A stretch of 64,000 nucleotides of DNA from an uncultured bacterium (lineage in GTDB: Bacteria > Armatimonadota > Hebobacteria > CAIYQO01), in NCBI GenBank assembly GCA_903928345.1, contig CAIYQO010000229.1, forward strand, positions 1,351 to 65,350, read 5' to 3'. Made by a program: the position numbers and the translations under genes. Each line of letters opens with the position of its first letter. Positions within the stretch are counted from its first letter, which is position 1. Below the pieces are notes generated by a model. It was not told the origin of the DNA and made no database searches. It was given only the letters and a program-made list of their open reading frames with translations. This document shows positions 1-9,487 of the stretch, in pieces.

Positions 1-930
1 GCCGCCGGCGCCGGTGATGAGCACGCGTTTCCCGCTCAGGTACTGGCCGATCTCCGCCAGGTTGATCTGCACCGGCGGACGGCGCAGCAGGTCTTCGACG
101 CTGATCTCCTCTAACTGGCGCGGGCGGGTGCCGTTGATCACCTCACCGATGCCGGGGACGACCTTCACCGGCACGTGCTGCTTGCGGCAGGCCATCACGT
201 ATTCGCGTAGCCGCACGCCGCTGATGCCGTTGATGGCCACCAGCACTTCATCGACGGCGTGCGCGGCGAGCAGGTCGTAGAGGTGGTTGAAGGCACCGAG
301 CACGCGCACGCCGCGGATGTAGATGCCGTGCTTCTGCGGCTGATCGTCGAGGAAGCCGATGACGTCGTAGATCTGCGTCGTACTCTCGCGGAGCATGGCC
401 AGCACCAGCGCGCCTTCGTTGCCGCCGCCGAGGATCACCACGCGGGTGGGGCGGATGTCGTGGCGCACCGCCTGCATGGTGCGCGCCCCGAAGCTGCGGC
501 TGAGGTTCATCAGGCGCAGCAGAATGCGCATGCCGCCGACGAGCAGGATGCTGAGCAGCCAGAAGACGATGAGCATGCGGTGCTGAAAGACCTTGCCGTC
601 GACGAACCACTGCAGGAAGACCAGCCCCACCGCACCCAGCGTGTTGGCCATGATGACGCTGTACAGCACATCCAGGCTGGCGAAGCGCCAGGCGTAGCGG
701 TAGAGGCGGAAGGCGGCGAAGATGATGAGGTAGACGCCGAGGGCGATCGGGATGCTGAAGAAATGCAGTTGCAGCACGTCATGGCGCACTTGCGCCCACG
801 CGGTTTCGTTGACGAGCAGGGTGGCGAGCACCGCAGCCAGCGAGAGGGCCAGGATATCCACGGCCATCAGTGCGAGAATCGCAAACTGCAGCCGTGAATG
901 CTTGAAGATGTTCTGCGCTAGCCGATCCAT
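1..930 (-). CDS. Polysaccharide biosynthesis protein, CapD/WbpM/PglF-like NDP-sugar 4,6-dehydratase. Partial: N-terminal membrane part plus start of the Rossmann domain; the C-terminus lies beyond the window start.
   Basis: Minus-strand reading from ATG at 930 (RBS GGAGG 7 nt upstream) gives MDRLAQNIFKHSRLQFAILALMAVDILALSLAAVL... with several TM helices, ending at the window edge with GKRVLITGAGG (GxxGxxG NAD-binding motif). The ORF is open to position 1 and is absent from the ORF track because no stop lies in the window. Confidence 0.8.
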   Translation of the reverse strand, partial: MDRLAQNIFKHSRLQFAILALMAVDILALSLAAVLATLLVNETAWAQVRHDVLQLHFFSIPIALGVYLIIFAAFRLYRYAWRFASLDVLYSVIMANTLGAVGLVFLQWFVDGKVFQHRMLIVFWLLSILLVGGMRILLRLMNLSRSFGARTMQAVRHDIRPTRVVILGGGNEGALVLAMLRESTTQIYDVIGFLDDQPQKHGIYIRGVRVLGAFNHLYDLLAAHAVDEVLVAINGISGVRLREYVMACRKQHVPVKVVPGIGEVINGTRPRQLEEISVEDLLRRPPVQINLAEIGQYLSGKRVLITGAGG

Positions 931-1397
931 GTCATCGCCTCCGGTTGTTCGGCAAACAACGTCAGTACGAGACCCGAGCGAGCCAGCGAGTATTGCAGTG
1001 ACGACGAAGGACTGGTCGCGCCGAGATCCAGACAGGACACCTTTCGCGGGGTTCCGACATACCGCCCCTCCTGGGCTGTTCCGTGCGGTAATCCCGGTGT
1101 CTAGTTTGCCTGTATTAGTATTCTAAACGGGTCAGTTCGCTCCTGTCAAGCGTGTCGGCGTTCGCGTGTGCGGAAAGATGCCGCGTCACGTCGCCGTTCC
1201 GCACAGTGGGCGGTGTTAAGCACGTTGTAATTCTAACACACGAGTATCATATTGTCCAGGGGGACGGCGCTCTTGGCTGGGGGCGGCCCCGCGTCAGCAC
1301 GCGCATAACCCACCCCGCGCGCCTCCCCGACGCCGGATAACGAAACGACCGCCCCGGTCGCGCGACCGGGGCGGCGCGTGCGTAGCAGTCGGCAGCG

Positions 1398-2561
1398 CTA
1401 CAGGTTCAACACCTGCGAGACGCGGTAGTTGTCGATGTTGAGGGTTTCCGGTCCGCCGGTCACCTGGTAGAAGATCCAGCAGTCCTGCAGGTCCATGTAG
1501 GCGGGCGTCGCCATGCACAGGGTGCCATTCGCTGCTTTGAACTGGTTGCTCTCACCCGTGATTTTGAAGTCCATCATCTTTACCGGCCACACGGTCTGGT
1601 CGATATGGGCATATTTCCCCGTCGCGAGCGTGCCGGTATACGCGGCTTTGCTGGACAGGTTGTTCGGCGCACTTAACCCGTCACTGACATCCATATACTG
1701 CAAATAGGAATCACCCTGCGAAGATGAGGCGGTGCGTTGATACCACGGGCCCCAGGAGCCCACGCTTACCGAAGTGGCGGCCACGACACGCCGCACGTCA
1801 AACTGGGTGATGAATTCCGTGGTGACGGAGGAATTCTGCGCGAAGGCGGCCAGCATCGCGGTCTGCAGGGGGGTCATAGGGCCGCCGTTCTGGTTGTAAT
1901 ACTGCAGGCGCCAGTCAGCCCCCGTCTGCGCGGTGATCTGATAGACCTTGTTGCCGTTATCGTTGACAATGCCGGCCGTCCCCGTACCGCTCTGTTGAGT
2001 CCAGTTGAAGGGAACCACGCCGTCGTCAAAGGTATAAAGGCAGATGGTCTTCAGGTTCGGCTTGTCCAACTCGCCCAGCGCCGGGAAGATGCCCACGTGG
2101 CCGTCGGCGAAGGCGGCGATGATCTTGCCGCCGTGGTTCGAGGTGTTGTAGTCCGCCGTGGTGTAGCCGATGTTCGCCAGCGGCGCCGCGGTCGTCACCG
2201 TGTGCGTGCCGTCAAAGGTGGGCAGCGCAACGGTGGGGTCGGGCAGCTCGCCCAGCGCCGAGCCGCTCCAGGTGTTGTTGAAGCAGTAGGCGTTGCTGAC
2301 CTTCGTGCCCGCGCTGGGGCAGATGAGCACGCCCTTGTCCATGCTGATGCCGCCCCAGGCCTGGTCGGCGGTGGGCAGCATCTCGTTGTGATCCTGCGCG
2401 TACATCAGCAACGCGACGGTGATCTGCTTTTGATTGTTCAGGCACGCCGTCTGCCGCGCCTTCTCACGCGCCTTGGCGAAGACGGGGAAGAGGATGGCGG
2501 CCAGGATCGCTATAATAGCAATGACGACGAGGAGTTCGATCAGCGTAAAGCCTTTGCGCAT
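1398..2561 (-). CDS. Prepilin-type N-terminal cleavage/methylation domain protein with DUF1559 (H-X9-DG) domain.
   Basis: N-terminus [46 protein letters not shown] is a canonical type IV pilin-like leader/hydrophobic helix plus the DUF1559 start. RBS AAGGAGA 6 nt upstream. Sigma70-like promoter TTGACA-17-TACGAT upstream. Confidence 0.85.
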   Translation of the reverse strand: MRKGFTLIELLVVIAIIAILAAILFPVFAKAREKARQTACLNNQKQITVALLMYAQDHNEMLPTADQAWGGISMDKGVLICPSAGTKVSNAYCFNNTWSGSALGELPDPTVALPTFDGTHTVTTAAPLANIGYTTADYNTSNHGGKIIAAFADGHVGIFPALGELDKPNLKTICLYTFDDGVVPFNWTQQSGTGTAGIVNDNGNKVYQITAQTGADWRLQYYNQNGGPMTPLQTAMLAAFAQNSSVTTEFITQFDVRRVVAATSVSVGSWGPWYQRTASSSQGDSYLQYMDVSDGLSAPNNLSSKAAYTGTLATGKYAHIDQTVWPVKMMDFKITGESNQFKAANGTLCMATPAYMDLQDCWIFYQVTGGPETLNIDNYRVSQVLNL

Positions 2562-2593
2562 GGCATGTCTCCTTCTGAAATGATGGATAGTTT

Positions 2594-2622
2594 ATCGTAT
2601 GACCGCGCGTTCGTTTTGTCAA
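2594..2622 (-). promoter_or_regulatory. Sigma70-type promoter for the prepilin/DUF1559 gene at 2561 (minus strand).
   Basis: On the minus strand: TTGACA, 17 nt, TACGAT. The -10 lies about 30 nt upstream of RBS AAGGAGA. Confidence 0.5.
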
Positions 2623-2748
2623 GGGAGTACGCCGACTTTCTTGCCGTCCTCCGCGTCGCGCCCGACGTGTAAGAGCAGGAATTCGCGGGCACAAACGCGA
2701 AAGGAAGCGTGTCGTTGCCCAAGTGACGTTTTCATCGAGGTTGTGCTC

Positions 2749-4284
2749 ATGACGATCTATGACATGCTGGTGCGCAGTGCGGCGGGCACGCCGGGTGCGC
2801 CGCTGATCGGGTACCGCGAGCAGACGTACAGCTACGCGCAAGTGCAGGCGCTGGTGGACGGGTGCGCGGCGGGGCTGGCGGCGCTGCGCCTGCGCAAGCG
2901 GGCACGCGTGGCGGTGCTGCTCCCCAACTGCCCGCCCTTCATCATCGCCTACTTCGCCATCAACCGCCTGGGCGCCACGGTGGTGCCGCTCAACGTGCTC
3001 TACCGGCCCGACGAGGCGCGCTTCATTCTGGCCGACAGCGAGGCGGAGGCCATCATCACCGCCGAACCCTTCCGTCCACTGGTGGCGGCGCTGCGCCCGC
3101 ACCTGCCCAGACTGCAACACGTGGTGATGGTCACCGACGGCGACGTGGCGGGCGACGAGGTGGACTTCCGCACCCTCTGCCGCCATGCCCCGCACGCGGC
3201 GCCGGCGCAGTCAGAGCGCGAGACGGCGGTGATCCTCTACACCTCGGGCACCACGGGCCGCCCCAAGGGCGCGATGCTCACCAACGCGAACCTGATCGCC
3301 AACGCGCACTCCTGCTCCGGCGTGCTCGACGTCACGCCGGGCGACTGCCTGCTCTCCGCGCTGCCCCTCTTCCATGCCTTTGCCGCCACGGTGACGATGC
3401 TGCTGCCCATCCTCGTCGGCGGGCGCATCCACCTCACCGAGCGCTTCGTGCCCGCGCATACGCTGCAATTGCTGGAGGACGCGGGGGTGACGATCTTTGC
3501 CGGCGTGCCCAGCATGTTCGGCTTGATGCTGCAGATCCCGCGCGACCACCGGCCGTCGCTGGCGGCGCTGCGCACCTGTATCAGCGGCGGCGCCCCGCTG
3601 CCCCCCGACGTATGGACGGCCTTCGAAGCCGCCTTCGACGTGCGCATGGCGGAAGGGTATGGCCTGACGGAAGCCGCGCCGGTGGTGTCGGTGAACCCGC
3701 CGCTGGGGCTGCGCAAGGTGGGCAGCATCGGTCCGGCCATCCCCGACGTGGCCCTGAAGCTGATCGACGCGCGCGGACGCGCCGTGCCCGACGGGGAGAT
3801 CGGCGAGCTGTGCGTACGCGGCCCCAACGTGATGAAGGGCTACCTGAACCGCCGCGCGGAGACGAAGGACGTGCTGCGTCGCGGCTGGCTGCACACCGGC
3901 GACCTGGCGCGCCGCGACGAGGACGGCTACCTGTTCATCGTGGGACGCAAGAAGGAGTTGATAATCGTCGGCGGGCTGAATGTCTACCCCGGCGAGGTGG
4001 AGCGCGTGCTGGTGGAGCACCCCGCCGTGCTGGAAGTCGCCGCCTACGGCGTCTCCGACCCCTCGCGCGGCGAGGCGGTGTGGGCCTCCGTGGTGCTGCG
4101 CCCCGACAGTGCCGCCACCGAGAAGGAACTGCAGGCGCTCTGCCGCGAAAAGCTCGCCAACTACAAAGTGCCGCGTGGCATCGACATCCGCACCGAGTTG
4201 CCGAAAAACGCCCTCGGCAAAGTGATGCGCCACCTGCTCAGCCAGGAAATCGTCGCCCGCCAGAGCCGCCCCACGCCGGTGTGA
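2749..4284 (+). CDS. AMP-dependent synthetase/ligase (long-chain acyl-CoA synthetase, FadD-like).
   Basis: AMP-binding signature LYTSGTTGRPKGAMLTNANL, plus GYGLTEAAPVVSVNP and a TGDLARRDEDGYLFIVGRKKELIIVGGLNVYPGEVE C-terminal domain. I place the start at ATG 2749 (MTIYDMLVRSAAG) rather than at the upstream in-frame extension to 2599. Confidence 0.85.
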   Translation: MTIYDMLVRSAAGTPGAPLIGYREQTYSYAQVQALVDGCAAGLAALRLRKRARVAVLLPNCPPFIIAYFAINRLGATVVPLNVLYRPDEARFILADSEAEAIITAEPFRPLVAALRPHLPRLQHVVMVTDGDVAGDEVDFRTLCRHAPHAAPAQSERETAVILYTSGTTGRPKGAMLTNANLIANAHSCSGVLDVTPGDCLLSALPLFHAFAATVTMLLPILVGGRIHLTERFVPAHTLQLLEDAGVTIFAGVPSMFGLMLQIPRDHRPSLAALRTCISGGAPLPPDVWTAFEAAFDVRMAEGYGLTEAAPVVSVNPPLGLRKVGSIGPAIPDVALKLIDARGRAVPDGEIGELCVRGPNVMKGYLNRRAETKDVLRRGWLHTGDLARRDEDGYLFIVGRKKELIIVGGLNVYPGEVERVLVEHPAVLEVAAYGVSDPSRGEAVWASVVLRPDSAATEKELQALCREKLANYKVPRGIDIRTELPKNALGKVMRHLLSQEIVARQSRPTPV

Positions 4285-4532
4285 CCATTTTGGATTTTGG
4301 ATTGCGAAGCTACTTACGAAACCTTCCCGTCTCCTCCCCCTCCCCCGTCACAGGACGTTACGGGGAGGGGGCACGGGGGGGTGGGGGCGGTCTTTTGAGA
4401 GGTTTTGCAATAATCGCTGCGGATTGCACGGGGGGAGGAGCGCTCGGTGGTCAATTTCCGATCCCTTAAATTTTGATTCAACCCGTCCGGCTACGGCAAC
4501 CCCCCAATCCAAATTCCAAAATCCAAAATCGA
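4285..4532. repeat. Inverted-repeat element with ttttggattttggattg termini enclosing a GC-rich hairpin.
   Basis: ccattttggattttggattg at 4285-4304 versus caatccaaattccaaaatccaaaatcg at 4505-4532 (reverse-complement match). A related half-site gattttggattg is at about 42473-42495. Confidence 0.6.
4330..4372 (+). terminator. GC-rich hairpin downstream of the acyl-CoA synthetase gene.
   Basis: ctcctccccctcccccgt cacaggacgtt acggggagggggcacggggg. Stem ccccctcccccgt / acggggaggggg. Confidence 0.45.
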
Positions 4533-4536
4533 TTCG

Positions 4537-4545
4537 TGCTATACT
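4537..4545 (+). promoter_or_regulatory. Extended -10 promoter element (TGcTATACT) upstream of the prepilin/DUF1559 gene at 4600.
   Basis: gtgcTATACTgtc. No good -35 hexamer, consistent with extended -10 usage. Confidence 0.4.
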
Positions 4546-4599
4546 GTCGCAGGCCTGCTCGCCGGTATGACGCCGGGTTGGCGGGGAGAGAAGGGATCG

Positions 4600-5664
4600 A
4601 TGCTCTCGAAACGCGCGGGATTTACCCTCATTGAGCTGGTGACGGTGGCTGCCATTGCCGTGGTGCTGACGGCGTTGCTGCTGCCGGTGCTGCAACGCGC
4701 GCACGAGAAGGTGTGGGACGCCTCCTGCCTGAGCAACACGCATCAGGTGCAGGTGGCGGCGGTGCTCTGGGCGGAAGACCACGGTGACGTTTTTCCGGGA
4801 GTGGACAAGGTGTGGGGCGCGTTGCACCTCGATCCCGGCACGCTGGTCTGCCCGCTGGCGCGCACACAGGCGAACGGCTACGTCTACAGCAGCCTGCTTC
4901 ACAACAAACCGCACACGGCGATTGCCGACCCGGCGCGCGAATTGCTCGTCTGCGACGGCGCGCACGAAGCCACTACCGTTCCCACGTTCACCTACGACAA
5001 CGTGGCGTACAGCGGGCGCGACCTGCTCTTCCGCCACGCGGGCCCCCGCCTCAACGCCACCTTCGTCGACGGCCATGCGGAGGCTCTCACCGGCACCGGC
5101 GGGTTGCCGCTGGAGTTCCGTGATGCCCCCGCCGCCCAGTGCGAGGGCGTGGATACCGTAACGCACGGCGGCTGGTGGGCACCGCCACCTGCCGGCGCCG
5201 TCTACGGACACAAGGGTTACATACTGTGCAATTGGAACGACACCGATGTGCGCTCGCTGCCGAGTGGCGGCTACGTGGCCTCGATCGACGCGCTGGGCAT
5301 TAGCGGCGGCACCTGGGCGGGCACCCCCTGCGACGATCCGCGCGCGCTCATCAACCCCACCGGCGGCTTGCACGCCGCGTCGTACTGGGCGCCCACGGCG
5401 CCGATCGGCATCACGCTGTCCAACCCGAACGACACCGCCATCCATACGCTGCACCTCTACGTCGTGGATTGGGACAGCCAGGGCCGCGTGCTGACCCTGG
5501 ACGTGCAAAGCACTGCCACCGGCACCTCCGTGCTGGACAAACCGCTGCCGGTGCCCGACAGCACCGGCGGGGTGTGGCTCACCGTGCGTTTCCGCGGCGC
5601 CGTCAGTATCGCCCTCACCGCCGCCAGAGGCACGCCGGTCCTTTCCGCCCTTGCCTTCGACTGA
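4600..5664 (+). CDS. Prepilin-type N-terminal cleavage/methylation domain protein with DUF1559 domain; paralog 2.
   Basis: MLSKRAGFTLIELVTVAAIAVVLTALLLPVLQRAHEKVWDASCLSNTHQ. The C-terminal half (HGGWWAPPPAGAVYGHKGYILCNWNDT...ALAFD) is homologous to the C-terminus of the next gene. RBS GGGGAGAGAAGGGA. Extended -10 promoter TGcTATACT at 4537-4545. Confidence 0.8.
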   Translation: MLSKRAGFTLIELVTVAAIAVVLTALLLPVLQRAHEKVWDASCLSNTHQVQVAAVLWAEDHGDVFPGVDKVWGALHLDPGTLVCPLARTQANGYVYSSLLHNKPHTAIADPARELLVCDGAHEATTVPTFTYDNVAYSGRDLLFRHAGPRLNATFVDGHAEALTGTGGLPLEFRDAPAAQCEGVDTVTHGGWWAPPPAGAVYGHKGYILCNWNDTDVRSLPSGGYVASIDALGISGGTWAGTPCDDPRALINPTGGLHAASYWAPTAPIGITLSNPNDTAIHTLHLYVVDWDSQGRVLTLDVQSTATGTSVLDKPLPVPDSTGGVWLTVRFRGAVSIALTAARGTPVLSALAFD

Positions 5665-5697
5665 CCCCGTGTTTGCACGTAAAACGCGCGAAATCTC

Positions 5698-5726
5698 TTG
5701 ACAATTCACCGGTCGGTTCGTATAGT
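5698..5726 (+). promoter_or_regulatory. Sigma70-type promoter for the prepilin/DUF1559 gene at 5756.
   Basis: TTGACA (5698-5703), 17-nt spacer, TATAGT (5721-5726). RBS GGAGG at 5745-5749. Confidence 0.6.
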
Positions 5727-5755
5727 TTGACTATCTCTTTTTCCGGAGGCAGATT

Positions 5756-6811
5756 ATGCGCAAGCAGGGCTTTACTCTCATCGAACTCCTCGTCGTGATT
5801 GCCATCATAGCGATCCTCGCGGCGATCCTCTTCCCCGTCTTCGCGAAAGCACGGGAAAAGGCGCGGCAGTCGAGCTGCATGAGCAATGAGAAGCAGCTCG
5901 TGACCGCCACGCTGATGTGGGCGCAGGACCACGACGAAATGCTCCCCGACGCCGCGACGTACTGGGGGGCGCTGAACATCGACCGCGGCGTGCTGAAGTG
6001 CCCCACCAAGTCGCGCCTGGCCAACGGCTATCTCTTCAACCAGAACATCGCCGGGATAGCGCTGGGCAAGCTGGTTCCGCCGGAAACGACGCTGGTCCTC
6101 GGCGACGGCGCGCACACCACCTCGACCGCGCAACCGCTGGACAACGTGGCCTACACAACCGCCGAATTCGACACCGCCCGCCACAGCAATAAGATGCTCG
6201 CGGTCTATATGGACGGCCACGTGGAAATGACCACCACCCTCCCCCCGACGATTGTGGACAGCACCGGCATGCCCTTTGCCGTCGGGGCGGCGGCCTTCGG
6301 CACACCGGATACCACCACCAGCGGCGCCTGGTGGACCGCACCGAGCACCTTCGTCCATGGCACGAAGGGGTACGTGCTCTGCTACTGGAACAGCACCACC
6401 GTCACCGCGCTGACGGGCAGTTATGTGGCCTCGGTGACCCCGACGGGCAATGCCACCTACACCTGGGTCGCCACCGGCGCGACCGACCCCCGTGACATCA
6501 TCAATCCGGCGACCGGCGCCCGCTCCGCCGCGTGCTGGTACAATAATGCCTGGTCCTTTACCGTCGCCCTGTCCAATGCCAACGATACCAATGGCCATAC
6601 CATGTGGGTCTACTTCCTCGATTGGGATCCCACGGGCCGGGTCACGAATCTCACCCTGGACTTCGGCAGCGGCACGGTAGCGACGCTGAACGGTTTCAGC
6701 TCCTATTCGGGCGGGGTCTGGCTCCCCATACTCTTCCGCGGCAACAACCTGAAGATGAGCCTGACCGCCACGTCGAGCAACGCGGTGATCTCCGCCGTTG
6801 CCTTCGACTGA
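5756..6811 (+). CDS. Prepilin-type N-terminal cleavage/methylation domain protein with DUF1559 domain; paralog 3.
   Basis: [47 protein letters not shown] is almost identical over the N-terminal 40 aa to the gene at 1398-2561. The C-terminal domain ([27 protein letters not shown]...AVAFD) is shared with the gene at 4600-5664. RBS GGAGG 6 nt upstream. Consensus promoter upstream. Confidence 0.85.
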   Translation: MRKQGFTLIELLVVIAIIAILAAILFPVFAKAREKARQSSCMSNEKQLVTATLMWAQDHDEMLPDAATYWGALNIDRGVLKCPTKSRLANGYLFNQNIAGIALGKLVPPETTLVLGDGAHTTSTAQPLDNVAYTTAEFDTARHSNKMLAVYMDGHVEMTTTLPPTIVDSTGMPFAVGAAAFGTPDTTTSGAWWTAPSTFVHGTKGYVLCYWNSTTVTALTGSYVASVTPTGNATYTWVATGATDPRDIINPATGARSAACWYNNAWSFTVALSNANDTNGHTMWVYFLDWDPTGRVTNLTLDFGSGTVATLNGFSSYSGGVWLPILFRGNNLKMSLTATSSNAVISAVAFD

Positions 6812-6827
6812 TCCGGCCCCCCCACGC

Positions 6828-6866
6828 AACACGACGCCGGGAGGAAGGCCCTCCCGGCGTCGCGTG
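6828..6866. terminator. Bidirectional terminator hairpin between the convergent prepilin gene (ends 6811) and engB (ends 6886).
   Basis: acgacgccgggagg aagg ccctcccggcgtcgcgt, with a perfect 14-bp stem. Confidence 0.6.
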
Positions 6867-6885
6867 TTTGGTCAGTGCCGCGTGA

Positions 6886-7521
6886 CTACCGCCGCCAGCG
6901 CGGTTGCGGGGCTTCCTCCGGCGCTTGCGCCGCCGTCTCGCGCATCCAGCGCCACACCGCGTCGCGGCCCAGCCCGTTCTCCGCGGAGAAGGCCAGCACG
7001 TCGCTGGAGTCCACGTTCAACCGTTCCGCCACCTGCAGCGCCTGCTCCGCCACCTTCGTTTTGGCGATTTTATCCGCCTTAGTCGCCACCACCACGAAGT
7101 TATGGTCGAAGTGGCGCAGCCAGCCGGACATCTCCAAATCCAGCGGTTGCGGCGGATGGCGCATGTCGATCAGGTGGATCACCCCGCGCAGGGCCGGGCG
7201 CGCACTCAGATACTCGTCGATGAGCCGCCCCCACTCCTTGCGCCGGGACAAACTCACCTCGGCGTGCCCGTAGCCGGGCATGTCGACGAGGTAGAAGGCC
7301 GGCCCGGCCTTGCCCTCCGGCCACACGCGGTAAAAGTTGAGCTGCTGCGTGCGCCCGGGGGTGTTGGAGGTGTGCGCCAGCCCGTCGCGCCCCAGCACGC
7401 GGTTGATCAGCGACGATTTCCCCACGTTCGAGCGCCCCGCCAGCGCGATCTCCGGCAAGCGGTCCGTCGGCAGTTGCGACAATTGCGCCACCCCGAGCAC
7501 GAATTCGGCAATGATTGGCAT
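6886..7521 (-). CDS. engB: Ribosome biogenesis GTP-binding protein YihA/EngB.
   Basis: G1 motif GRSNVGKSSLIN, DMPGYG (G3) and ATKADK (G4, NKxD-like). Length about 211 aa, typical of EngB. Confidence 0.85.
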   Translation of the reverse strand: MPIIAEFVLGVAQLSQLPTDRLPEIALAGRSNVGKSSLINRVLGRDGLAHTSNTPGRTQQLNFYRVWPEGKAGPAFYLVDMPGYGHAEVSLSRRKEWGRLIDEYLSARPALRGVIHLIDMRHPPQPLDLEMSGWLRHFDHNFVVVATKADKIAKTKVAEQALQVAERLNVDSSDVLAFSAENGLGRDAVWRWMRETAAQAPEEAPQPRWRR

Positions 7522-7620
7522 GGAAGTTCCTCGTTTGAGACGTTAGGAGTTAGGAGTTAGACGGCGGAAGTTACTGGTCCGTATCAGCACCGGTCAGTAT
7601 GTTAACTTCTAACTTCTCGC

Positions 7621-8064
7621 CTAAATCGCATAGTTCAGCGCCGCGTCGGCCTGCTTGTTGGCGTGGCGTTCGGCGAGTTGGGCCAGCGTAACTTGCTGGA
7701 AGGAGTTCGTCAGCGCGCGGCGGGCGTCTTCCCACACGTCGGCCAGCGCGCAGGTGTCGGGATGGCCGCAGCAGGCGGCACCGGCGGGGCAATCCGCCAG
7801 CCGTAGCGGGCCTTCCAGCACCTCGATGATCTCCGCCAGGGTGATCTCCACCGCCGGGCGCGCCAGGATATACCCGCCGTGGGCGCCGCGCACGGCGGTT
7901 ACCAGCCCGGCCTTGCGCAGCAGCGTCATCAGTTGCTCTAAATACGTAGCGGGCAGATCGTATTGCTCGGCTATTTCCTTGACCATGAAGGGTGTGGGGC
8001 GCTGGTGCAGCGCCAGCGCGAGCATCGCACGCACGCCATACGTGGAGCGGGTCGAAAGTTTCAT
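7621..8064 (-). CDS. Rrf2 family transcriptional regulator (IscR/NsrR-like).
   Basis: MKLSTRSTYGVRAMLALA... is an Rrf2 wHTH N-terminus. A Cys cluster CPAGAACCGHPDTC could ligate Fe-S. I chose the start at 8064 (RBS AAGGA) rather than the 241-aa upstream extension. Confidence 0.75.
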   Translation of the reverse strand: MKLSTRSTYGVRAMLALALHQRPTPFMVKEIAEQYDLPATYLEQLMTLLRKAGLVTAVRGAHGGYILARPAVEITLAEIIEVLEGPLRLADCPAGAACCGHPDTCALADVWEDARRALTNSFQQVTLAQLAERHANKQADAALNYAI

Positions 8065-8132
8065 ACCGACGTCCTTGAAAACAAAGCGAAATACTCGGAT
8101 TAATCCGATCATAACCCGGACCCGGCGGCGTG

Positions 8133-8825
8133 TCAAGGCCCGACGCGCGCCAGCAACGTCATGCGACACCCGGCGTGGCGCACCACCTGCGGCGCGGGCA
8201 GGCCGGCCTGCGCGGCGGCGCGCGCCAACGCCGCGGGGGTGAGTGCCCGGCGCAGCGACGCCCGACCATCGTGCCGCGTGACGGCGCCGAAGCCCACGAG
8301 GCACCCGAGCAGGGGGAAGGCCCACGCCGCCACCGGGCAGCGGCACACGTCGGCCACGATGAGCAACCCGCGACAGCAGCGCCAGGCCTCCGCCAGCGCC
8401 GCGGGCACCGCGTCAGGCGGCAGGTGGTGCAATACCGTGGGCAGTAGCACCAGGTCGAAGGCCGCGGGGGGAAAGGGGAGCGCCCACGCGTTGCCGCGTA
8501 CCAGGGTGATCTCGGGATACGCCCGGCACCACTGCCGCGCATAGGCGAGGACGCCGGGGGAGGAGTCCAGCGCCACGGCGTGCAGCGGCGTGCCCGAGCG
8601 CCGCGCCGCGTCCACCAGGCGCCGGGTCAGGTCCGCCCCGCCGCAGCCGATCTCCAGCAGCGTCGTGGGCACTCCCGATCGCGCGCGTAGCCACGGCAGC
8701 GCGTGCCCCCACGTCGCCGCCCCGCCGCCCAGCCGGCGGTTCACCCACGCTTGCTCCCGCAGCGTGCGCGCCAGCGCGTCCACCGGCAACGCGGGGTCGT
8801 CCAGGTATTCGGAATCGCGATCCAT
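8133..8825 (-). CDS. Class I SAM-dependent methyltransferase.
   Basis: Motif I LLEIGCGGADLTRRL, followed by acidic DS and LVRGNAWALPFPPAAFDLVL (motif II/III pattern). Confidence 0.7.
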   Translation of the reverse strand: MDRDSEYLDDPALPVDALARTLREQAWVNRRLGGGAATWGHALPWLRARSGVPTTLLEIGCGGADLTRRLVDAARRSGTPLHAVALDSSPGVLAYARQWCRAYPEITLVRGNAWALPFPPAAFDLVLLPTVLHHLPPDAVPAALAEAWRCCRGLLIVADVCRCPVAAWAFPLLGCLVGFGAVTRHDGRASLRRALTPAALARAAAQAGLPAPQVVRHAGCRMTLLARVGP

Positions 8826-8847
8826 CAGAGGAGGGGCCGGGGCCCGG

Positions 8848-9219
8848 CTACGCCGCCTGCTCCTCGGACATCGGGGGCAGGGCGCCGGTGATGATGCGTA
8901 GGGCGTCGGTCTTTAGCGTGGCGGCGGCGTCCGGGCCGGCGGCGGGGTCGAAGGCCGCCAGGCGCTCGCGCAGCGTCAGCAGCGCGTCCTCCATGGTGCG
9001 GAAGGCATTGTCTACCGAGCCGGAGGCATCGAAAACGCTGGGGTCGAAGGTCACCGCGGAGTCGTAGACGCGCGCCTTCGTCTCGGTGATCAGCGGCGGC
9101 AGGTTGCCCTCCTCGTCGCGCATGCTGTTGCGCGCCTCCTCGAACCCCTCCGCGTACGCCACCGCCATCTGATCGCCGCGCGTCCACACATAGAGCCGCA
9201 TCTCGGGTTGCTTCGCCAT
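8848..9219 (-). CDS. Hypothetical protein (about 123 aa) with no recognisable domain; immediately upstream of the methyltransferase in the same orientation.
   Basis: ORF with RBS GAGGAGG 6 nt upstream of ATG at 9219 (MAKQPEMRLYVWTRGDQMAVAYAEGFEE...). Its stop lies 23 nt before the methyltransferase start. Confidence 0.45.
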   Translation of the reverse strand: MAKQPEMRLYVWTRGDQMAVAYAEGFEEARNSMRDEEGNLPPLITETKARVYDSAVTFDPSVFDASGSVDNAFRTMEDALLTLRERLAAFDPAAGPDAAATLKTDALRIITGALPPMSEEQAA

Positions 9220-9487
9220 CGCCGACCTCCTCGTCCACAAGTGGTCTCAGTCTACGCTCTCCCGGCCCGCGCCGGGGGCCAAATCCGTGCAGGCGCGTGC
9301 GGGAAGGTGGACAAGGAAAGTGCGGAATGTGGGGGTAAGAATAGTTGAGTGGTTATGTTTTGTTCTCCGTTCCGCGCTCCCGCGCGGCCCTCTCCCAGCG
9401 GGGAGAGGGGTGAAACGCTTTCATTTTTTTTGCCGACAGGAAACCGTCCCCGTGGCGCGAAGTAGGGGATTGAAAGGTGGTGGTGCG

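Noticed and set aside
1152-1340. 62-aa ORF in the 467-bp intergenic region between the CapD-like gene start and the prepilin gene end.
   Set aside because: No RBS and no recognisable domain. The region more likely holds the CapD-like gene promoter and the terminator hairpin cgccccggtcgcgcgaccggggcg at about 1350-1375.
3211-4233. Long minus-strand ORFs (3211-4233, 3237-3827) overlapping the acyl-CoA synthetase gene.
   Set aside because: Antisense to a well-supported AMP-binding gene. The translation is Arg/Ala/Gly-rich low-complexity, typical of spurious ORFs in high-GC DNA.
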